A DNA stretch of 5,538 nt from Paramicrosporidium saccamoebae KSL3 (lineage: Eukaryota; Fungi; Cryptomycota). Every line of letters begins with the position of its first letter. Position 1 is the first letter of the stretch. The position numbers and the translations under genes were made by a program. The DNA is taken from positions 1 through 5,538 of the forward strand of contig MTSL01000168.1 in the NCBI GenBank assembly GCA_002794465.1, in the 5' to 3' direction. Shown one piece after another: positions 1 to 5,525 of the stretch. Under the pieces are notes generated by a model, which saw nothing but the letters and a program-made list of their open reading frames with translations, had not been told where the DNA came from and searched no databases.

Positions 1-72
1 GGTTTATTAAAGGTGGAGATTCCGAAAAAGGAACAAGAACACGAGCAGCTTCGAATTGCATGGAAAGAGTGA
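1..72 (+). CDS. C-terminal fragment of a probable small heat-shock protein (Hsp20/alpha-crystallin family), 5'-truncated by the window
   Basis: Frame 1 reads GLLKVEIPKKEQEHEQLRIAWKE* (TGA 70-72). This resembles the terminal G-x-L-x-V-x-I-P-K strand of the alpha-crystallin domain followed by a short charged tail. ATTAAA follows at 77-82. Only 23 residues are visible; a CS/p23-like fold is not excluded. Confidence 0.6.
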   Translation, partial: GLLKVEIPKKEQEHEQLRIAWKE

Positions 73-76
73 AATC

Positions 77-82
77 ATTAAA
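77..82 (+). terminator. Putative polyadenylation signal (ATTAAA) of the Hsp20-like gene
   Basis: Hexamer 4 nt after the TGA stop; the same arrangement recurs at other genes in the window. Confidence 0.4.
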
Positions 83-231
83 AGTAAAAGATGAGTGAAT
101 ACAAAGAATATGGTTGTCTCTGCCGTATTGCATACTAGCATTGGCTAATACCAACTGTGAGTCCTAACATGGTCATATCGATCCCTCCCTTTTATTTTTC
201 CCTAGTCGGTCCATTCTCAATAAAGGGCCAA

Positions 232-259
232 CCAATCACCGATCACCAATCATCAATCA
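232..259 (+). promoter_or_regulatory. Four tandem 7-bp units containing CCAAT boxes, upstream of URM1
   Basis: CCAATCA-CCGATCA-CCAATCA-TCAATCA, ending 28 nt before the URM1 ATG. The repeat is seen directly; a promoter role (NF-Y/HAP complex) is inferred. Confidence 0.5.
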
Positions 260-287
260 TTCTACTACTTCAGAGCCCAAAACTGGC

Positions 288-617
288 ATGGAGCAGTGCG
301 TGGTTATAGTTGAATTTGGGTATTCGCACCAACCAATTTGTCTTATGATGTGTAGTGGCGGTCTTGAGACTCTATTTAATAATGAACGAGAGCTAAGGAT
401 ATCCCTCGCGTGCGGCTCAACGATTCGAGACTTGCTTCAAGTTCTGGCCGCCGAATTCGTCAAAGAACGGAGGGAACTCTTTCTCAAAGAAGATTCAGTT
501 CGACCTGGAGTATTAGTGCTTGTAAATGATACGGACTGGGAACTGGAGGGCGGGTTAGAGTACCGTCCAAAGACGAATGATAGAATCCTATTCATCTCTA
601 CACTTCATGGGGGGTGA
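288..617 (+). CDS. URM1: Ubiquitin-related modifier 1 (Urm1), join(288..319,356..617), 97 aa
   Basis: Spliced product MEQCVVIVEFGGGLETLF...DSVRPGVLVLVNDTDWELEG...ILFISTLHGG carries the Urm1 hallmarks EFGGG, RPGxLVLxNDxDWEL and C-terminal STLHGG. Removing 320-355 restores the conserved EFGGG motif. Confidence 0.97.
   Translation: MEQCVVIVEFGYSHQPICLMMCSGGLETLFNNERELRISLACGSTIRDLLQVLAAEFVKERRELFLKEDSVRPGVLVLVNDTDWELEGGLEYRPKTNDRILFISTLHGG
320..355 (+). other. Spliceosomal intron of URM1 (36 nt, phase 2, in frame, no stop)
   Basis: GTATTC...GTGTAG; excision gives TTT GG|T GGC GGT CTT (F-G-G-G-L). Confidence 0.85.
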
Positions 618-622
618 ATAAA
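617..622 (+). terminator. Polyadenylation signal AATAAA overlapping the URM1 stop codon
   Basis: TGAATAAA: the last base of TGA (617) is the first base of AATAAA. Confidence 0.6.
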
Positions 623-783
623 TAGTGTGTGAGGTTTGTAATAATGGCCCTTAAGCCTTGTTCTGTCCGTATGCTAACCCTCACCGTGTACATGTTCTTA
701 CACTCACCGGTCTATTAAATCATTCGGAAACGTTACAGTTTCCCCATATTACGTACAGGTCGGTACCCATTTCATAGTCTCCC

Positions 784-1812
784 ATGCGACGCTGTAACCA
801 TGACATCGAATATACAAAGCAGATACCTAAAATGTCAAGGGAGCAGTTTATTATCTCTTTATCTGTGGAATCTTTCCCGAAAGCAGGATCCCATCGATCA
901 GAGCTGCCAATGAGACGGTTTGCGATAACGTCCAGCCACTCGATTGGATACCTGTCAAACCTTTCCAGCCACCCTGAACAAGACCAACAAATCCCGGAAA
1001 TTACGACTACATCCAGAAGGAGGATCACACAAAGGATGGAGCGAACAGTGATAGAACACGTTGAATCTAGCGAAGAATCACAGCACGTCTGTGATACCAG
1101 CTACACTGGAGAACAAGGCAGTCGCCACCGCAATCGAAGCACTCCTCCCCGACCAAGCAGCAGCAAAGATTTGTACCGATTAGTGGAGCGCGTTTATCGC
1201 AAAGGTAGCAGATCCCCCCAACTGATTCGTCTCTTGCATTCTGTACGCTCGCCAATCCCCTTGAGAGTAGCCGTCGCCTCTGCTGACTACATTGAACGAG
1301 TGTGGACCTCGCTGGGTGCAGTTCAAGCCCAGACACAACAATCTCTGACCAATTATATTGCAAATATCCTCTACCGCCTCGGCCCTTCCATCATTACCGT
1401 ATTCACTGCAATATTCTACGTTGGTCGTCTGAGACGATTCTACCCCAAGGCAATTGGCGAGCATGGCTGTGGACATCGTCTGTTCACTGTTTCCCTGCTA
1501 ATTGCCTATCGATACCTGGAGTGTCAGACGGTAACTGACGAAGAGTTTTATCATACTTGGAGCTTATTCAGCAACGGCGTCTTTCAGGCGGCCGACCTGT
1601 TCCGCATGGAACTTGAATTTGTCGCATTTCTCAAATTCAATTTGTATATTTCCTATGAAGATTTTGAGTATTTTGTCGATCGCGTCTATAATTCCGATGG
1701 CGGTCAAATCGTTCCTCGGTGTCTGGACATTCCGCAGATAACACAGTCGCTCGGGAGCACTCCTCCTGAAGGCGACGCATTTGTACCAACTTTACACCCT
1801 TCTTGTCATTAA
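784..1812 (+). CDS. Pho85/PCL-type cyclin (cyclin-box protein) with a long disordered N-terminus; both termini uncertain
   Basis: The C-terminal half reads YIANILYRL..TAIFYVGRLRRFYPKAIGEHGCGHRLFTVSLLIAYRYL..TWSLFSNGVF..LFRMELEFVAFLKFNLYIS, matching the fungal PCL-family cyclin box pattern (YxxRL..HRLF..W..ME..L.FxL). The N-terminal ~150 aa are S/T/R/E/Q-rich low complexity. Confidence 0.85.
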   Translation: MRRCNHDIEYTKQIPKMSREQFIISLSVESFPKAGSHRSELPMRRFAITSSHSIGYLSNLSSHPEQDQQIPEITTTSRRRITQRMERTVIEHVESSEESQHVCDTSYTGEQGSRHRNRSTPPRPSSSKDLYRLVERVYRKGSRSPQLIRLLHSVRSPIPLRVAVASADYIERVWTSLGAVQAQTQQSLTNYIANILYRLGPSIITVFTAIFYVGRLRRFYPKAIGEHGCGHRLFTVSLLIAYRYLECQTVTDEEFYHTWSLFSNGVFQAADLFRMELEFVAFLKFNLYISYEDFEYFVDRVYNSDGGQIVPRCLDIPQITQSLGSTPPEGDAFVPTLHPSCH

Positions 1813-1813
1813 A
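1808..1813 (+). terminator. Putative polyadenylation signal ATTAAA overlapping the cyclin stop codon
   Basis: CAT TAA A gives ATTAAA across the TAA at 1810-1812. Confidence 0.4.
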
Positions 1814-1843
1814 CTTTATTTCTAATAGTTATTCTCTACACAC

Positions 1844-2095
1844 TCAAAAGGCAAAGGGTTTCCGTTTCCTCCGCCTACAGCACGGACACCGATGAAGAGG
1901 AAGGTGGAGGTGGGAGAGACACTCTCGAAACCACGCAAAGCAGTCAACAAAAGGAAGTGCTATGCTAGCCTCTATTGGTTTCAGTTTACCAAGCCAATCG
2001 TGCCATAAAGTGTCTGACTTTCGGTCCTCGTCCACATAGTCGAGTGTGCTGATACGTTTCCGAGTTGGATGGCTAGTCATGAATAAGCCAGTCAT
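1844..2095 (-). CDS. Candidate small hypothetical protein (83 aa, or 73 aa if a 30-nt intron is removed); unconfirmed
   Basis: ATG with A at -3, about 50% GC core flanked by AT-rich edges, and a minus-strand AATAAA (TTTATT at 1815-1820) 23 nt past the stop. No recognisable domain; competing models exist (see findings). Confidence 0.3.
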   Translation of the reverse strand: MTGLFMTSHPTRKRISTLDYVDEDRKSDTLWHDWLGKLKPIEASIALPFVDCFAWFRECLSHLHLPLHRCPCCRRRKRKPFAF

Positions 2096-2145
2096 AATGC
2101 TCCATTGAGTAAAGCAAAATTAATTATGGTTGGTTAAATTGGACA

Positions 2146-3686
2146 ATGAGGCGTCATGTTAATCTTTTCAGCAAATTTCCGGGAAAAAAGCCTCTTCGAG
2201 TCAATAATACTGTATCAAGCGAAATCTTGGTAAAAAGGCCTCCTCAAACAGATGAGACTACATCAAACAAGGCTCTTTTAGCAGGGGACACTATCTTTGC
2301 GCTAGCAACAGCGCAAGGTAGGGCAGGTGTAGGCGTTATACGCGTGTCTGGTTCAGATACGTTGGAGGTGCTGCGGGCGATCCTTCCTGCTTATAAATTC
2401 AGCCAGATTGTCAGTGATCCTCGAAGACTCGTAAGAACTGAGATCTTTGATACAACAAGACTCCTTGATGACGGAATGGCAGTCTTTTTCAAAGGTGATT
2501 GGGCCCAATTTGCTCATTTTTAGGCCCGGCAAGCTTTACTGGCGAAGATGCAGCCGAATTGCACATTCACTCATCAAAGGCCATCATCTCTTCCATGTAC
2601 CGCAAACTTGGCTCGATCCCTATGGTGCGTCTAGCCGAGGCAGGCGAGTTTAGCCGTCGCGCCTTTGCCAACGGCAAAATAAATCTTGCGCAAATCGAAG
2701 GGCTTGCCGATTTGATTAAAGCAGAGACCGAGGAGCAAAGAAAGCTAGCAATTTCGCACGTTTCTGGCTCACTAACGAATTCGTTTGAAGAATGGCGCAG
2801 GTCTGTCATTAGCGCAATGGCTCAGACTGAGGCTTGGATTGATTTTTCCGAAGATGAACTAATTGAAACAGACACGATGAATGTCGTCTGCCAACAAATC
2901 ACACATCTTGTCAGCGATATCCGTGAACAAATTGAGCGAGCCAAGTTTGGCAAAGTCATCAGAGATGGCTTCAAGATTGCACTTTGTGGACCTCCAAATG
3001 CCGGCAAAAGTAGCCTACTGAATGTGCTGGCCCGCCGCGAGGCAGCAATTGTAAGCCCAATAGCGGGTACAACCCGTGATGTGCTTCAAGTTCACATGGA
3101 TATGAGCGGCTACCCGATCATCCTGAGTGACACGGCTGGCATTAATGATCTCTCTGAGGACGCGATTGAGCGAGAAGGAATCAAAAGAGCCATCCAAGCC
3201 GCCGCTGACGCCGACCATGTATTGTTCACAATAGGAGCTGACATGCTGGATAATCCAGGAGAATGGATAGACACCTTGGACCATTTCGATCCAGATCAGA
3301 CAGATTTCATCTTGAACAAAATAGACCTTTCCGTTTGCATAAGCTTGCAAACGCTACTCCCCGTTAAATTTTCAAAATGCAAAATATTCGAGGCCTCGAG
3401 CATCTGTCCCACCCCATTTATTACCCAGTTTGAAAGCCATATCAAGGAAAAGATTGCCAAAATGGACTCTGGGCAGTCGTCTCCTGTAATTGCAAACGAA
3501 CGACAGCTCTGTCACGCCAGAGACGCTCTGGCCCATCTCTGCAACTTTCTCGCCAGCCAGGGCGATGTTGTAATTGCTGCTGAGCAACTCCGCCAGGCTG
3601 CTAACTGTATTGGCAGGATAACGGGCCATATTGATTCAGAGGATGTGTTGGACGTTCTCTTTACAACCTTTTGCATTGGAAAATAG
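2146..3686 (+). CDS. MSS1: Mitochondrial tRNA U34 modification GTPase (MnmE/TrmE/Mss1/GTPBP3 family), join(2146..2494,2524..3686), 503 aa
   Basis: DTIFALAT..GRAGVGVIRVSG start; splice-restored FFKGPASFTGED; GEFSRRAFANGK; G1 GPPNAGKSS, G2 GTTRD, G3 DTAG, G4 NKID; C-terminal FCIGK. The first 25 aa have 6 Arg/Lys and no acidic residue, like a mitochondrial presequence. Confidence 0.96.
2495..2523 (+). other. Spliceosomal intron of MSS1 (29 nt, phase 1)
   Basis: GTGATT...GCTCATTTTTAG; excision joins AAA G|GC CCG to give the conserved FKGPxSFTGED. Candidate branch site CTCAT at 2513-2517. Confidence 0.92.
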
Positions 3687-3719
3687 ATTATTAGACTTTT
3701 GTGAGACAATGGCCATAGT

Positions 3720-3725
3720 ATTAAA
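3720..3725 (+). terminator. Putative polyadenylation signal ATTAAA of MSS1
   Basis: Hexamer 33 nt after the TAG stop, inside a 99-nt intergenic spacer. Confidence 0.4.
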
Positions 3726-3748
3726 ATCCCTTGTCCGTTGTATAATAC

Positions 3749-3770
3749 CTTTTGTAACTTTTGTAACTTT
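3749..3770 (+). repeat. Short tandem repeat (CTTTTGTAA)x2 + CTTT in the TBC gene promoter/5' UTR
   Basis: Perfect 9-bp duplication at 3749-3766 plus a partial third unit, preceded by TATAAT (3741-3746) and ending 15 nt before the ATG at 3786. Confidence 0.7.
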
Positions 3771-3785
3771 CAAGCTTTTCTTTGG

Positions 3786-5369
3786 ATGGCTTTGCTAGTC
3801 TTGGCGGCGGCTGACAATGTACGAATTGTGCCGAGACAGAATGTTGGCATTCTTTTGTTACTTCAAAATACAGTTAGCAGGAACTGGACCTTTAATGAAT
3901 TAGGCTGATGACGGTATTACGCTAGTTTGGGGACAAGCAGAAAACTTTAGCGAGCCTTTGCTGTGCTCCGCCAAGGCATTACTGGCGGGACAAGAGGCAT
4001 CTGCCGTCTCTGGGCTGCTTCCTAGCACAATCACCAAGATACCATCTGGTATCGTCGCTCATGCTGTCTCGGACATTGACTCGTCCACCCTTCTCATAAC
4101 GCTGCGCGAGCCAGTAAATGGTCAAGCTACATTTTTGTTTCACCCTGTGGAAAACGAAATGTTTGCAGTCCAGCTCCTCGAATGCACCAAATCACATCAG
4201 CCGGACATGGACGACGCTGTGTTTGGAATATTTGATACTTTTTCAAAAGTCAGCCGTTTCTACTACAACACTGCACGCTCACTACTTGGGGCCGAAGATA
4301 CCAGTAGAAGACCAAGGTCCCCTCGAGATGCGCATATCAATCCTTGGATTGTTGAAAGAGTAATTATAGAGATTCCCACTGCTGATGATTTAGTCACTGG
4401 ACCTACCCGAGGGTCGACATAGAGAGCATCAGGTTATCCCAAAAGACTGCCCAGCTGAAATATTTCGTCTGTTAATGTTTTCGTCAGTAAGCCTGTGATA
4501 AAGAGTAACGTGTAGGGTTCTGACAAGGAATCGCGCCCAGAGCACTGGAAAAGACTGTTTCCCAAATCGAGTGAGCACGATTACAAGGAACTGGCAGCTA
4601 TGGCTGAACGGACGTTGCATGAAGAGGTCATAAATAGAATCAAAAAGGATGTCTGTCGCACAGATCGGACCATGGACTTTTACTACCCCGAGGTGCACGA
4701 TATGGAGCAGGATCTGGAGCTACCCAATCTAGCTGCTCTGTATCGGATACTGCTGTCATATGCATATTTACACGAAAAGACTATCAATTATGTCCAAGGA
4801 ATGAACGACATTGCCTCTCCAATTCTTTATGTGATGCAAAATGAAGAGGACGCGTTTAGAGTCTTTGAATGCGTCATGGAAACACACCAGGACTATTTTG
4901 TAGAGAATGGCCAGCACACGAGAAATCAACTTGGTTTATTAGCCGCGATGCTGCAAGTAGCAGATCCAGTGCTACATGATCGGTTTGGTTTTTCGCGTGA
5001 CAATTCAGAGCTCTTTATTTGCTATCGCTGGCTTCTGCTTTTGCTGAAGCGCGAAGTTGGCTTTGAATCTTTTCCTATAATTCTTGAGACCATCTTTTCC
5101 TGCCCTACCCCGTCATATGAGCTGTTCATTGCTTTGGCGCTGCTGCTGACCTATCGCGATGAATTGCTCAAATTTGGACACCGTTTTGATTTGACCCTTC
5201 AAGTATAACCTTTAATTGTTCTCGACCATTGTAGTTTTATTCAGAAAAAGCGGGAACGCATAATGTCAAGCAGCTGTTGGATCTCTCTGATCGACTGCAC
5301 CAACATTTCTGTACTTTTCCCTCTATCAAATCTGATCCGCGATTTAAAAATTTGGTAGCCTCCAACTAA
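3786..5369 (+). CDS. TBC-domain Rab GTPase-activating protein, Gyp7/TBC1D15/17-like, join(3786..3872,3904..4359,4394..4486,4516..5202,5235..5369), 485 aa
   Basis: Four GT-AG introns give one uninterrupted frame: MALLVLAAADNVRIVPRQNVGILLLLQNT|ADDGITLVW...DTFSKVSRF...VER|SLDLPEGRH...LMFSS|GSDKESRPEHWKRLF...IKKDVCRTDR (Arg finger)...YVQGMND (Gln finger)...CYRWLLLLLKRE...LTLQ|FYSEKAGTHNVKQLLDLSDRLHQHF...ASN*. The TBC family call is firm; the subfamily is inferred from the N-terminal extension and the RWLLxxxKRE motif. Confidence 0.92.
3873..3903 (+). other. TBC gene intron 1 (31 nt, phase 0)
   Basis: GTTAGC...TTTAATGAATTAG; links the ATG-3786 frame to the long frame that the ORF track starts at TTG 3958. 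Confidence 0.8.
4360..4393 (+). other. TBC gene intron 2 (34 nt, phase 0)
   Basis: GTAATT...GCTGATGATTTAG; candidate branch site CTGAT at 4382-4386; shifts into the frame encoding PEGRH...IFRLLMFSS. Confidence 0.82.
4487..4515 (+). other. TBC gene intron 3 (29 nt, phase 0)
   Basis: GTAAGC...GTAACGTGTAG; joins MFSS to GSDKESRPEHW, the first TBC motif. Confidence 0.88.
5203..5234 (+). other. TBC gene intron 4 (32 nt, phase 0)
   Basis: GTATAA...CATTGTAG; removes the TAA at 5206-5208 and adds the expected final TBC helices. Confidence 0.85.
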
Positions 5370-5376
5370 ACTGTTT

Positions 5377-5382
5377 AATAAA
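5377..5382 (+). terminator. Polyadenylation signal AATAAA of the TBC gene
   Basis: Canonical hexamer 7 nt after the TAA at 5367-5369, which supports the terminal exon model. Confidence 0.6.
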
Positions 5383-5525
5383 TTCAATCGATTGCGCCAT
5401 TTAAATTGGACATTTATAGACAGCGGATATTGCAGTAATTTTTCTGTAATTTTAGTACCTTTTACCCTCAATGCCAGTGTATTTTTACTAGACAACACTT
5501 TACACCCTTTGCATACTTTAAACCA

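Noticed and set aside
288-617. Prokaryotic MoaD/ThiS/SAMP sulfur carrier or ubiquitin-like defence system
   Set aside because: The NDTDWEL and STLHGG motifs are Urm1-specific, the gene has an intron, and no E1/E2/JAB partner is adjacent.
720-1538. ORF-track entries 720-1028(-), 1067-1363(-), 1180-1476(-), 1302-1538(+)
   Set aside because: Shadow frames of the cyclin CDS with no recognisable motifs.
2146-3686. Bacterial mnmE/trmE locus with a frameshift or pseudogene
   Set aside because: The frame change is exactly explained by a 29-nt GT-AG intron, there is a presequence-like extension, and the neighbours are eukaryote-specific genes rather than yidC/rnpA/mnmG.
2447-3709. ORF-track entries 2447-2653(+), 2567-2809(-), 2822-3007(-), 3015-3350(-), 3372-3629(-), 3512-3709(-)
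   Set aside because: Shadow frames of the strongly conserved MSS1 CDS; no independent evidence.
3958-5208. Two separate genes (3958-4422 and 4600-5208) or a broken TBC pseudogene
   Set aside because: Four small introns join these into one intact 485-aa ORF with both catalytic fingers; the TTG start at 3958 and the ATG at 4600 are internal codons.
5458-5465. CCTTTTAC resembling U5 snRNA loop 1
   Set aside because: The flanks do not match GCCTTTTACYAG, and I see no closing stem or downstream Sm site.
4118-5498. ORF-track entries 4118-4363(+), 4429-4698(-), 5241-5498(-)
   Set aside because: They overlap TBC exons. The last one is antisense to the terminal exon, has a non-ATG start and shows no recognisable similarity.
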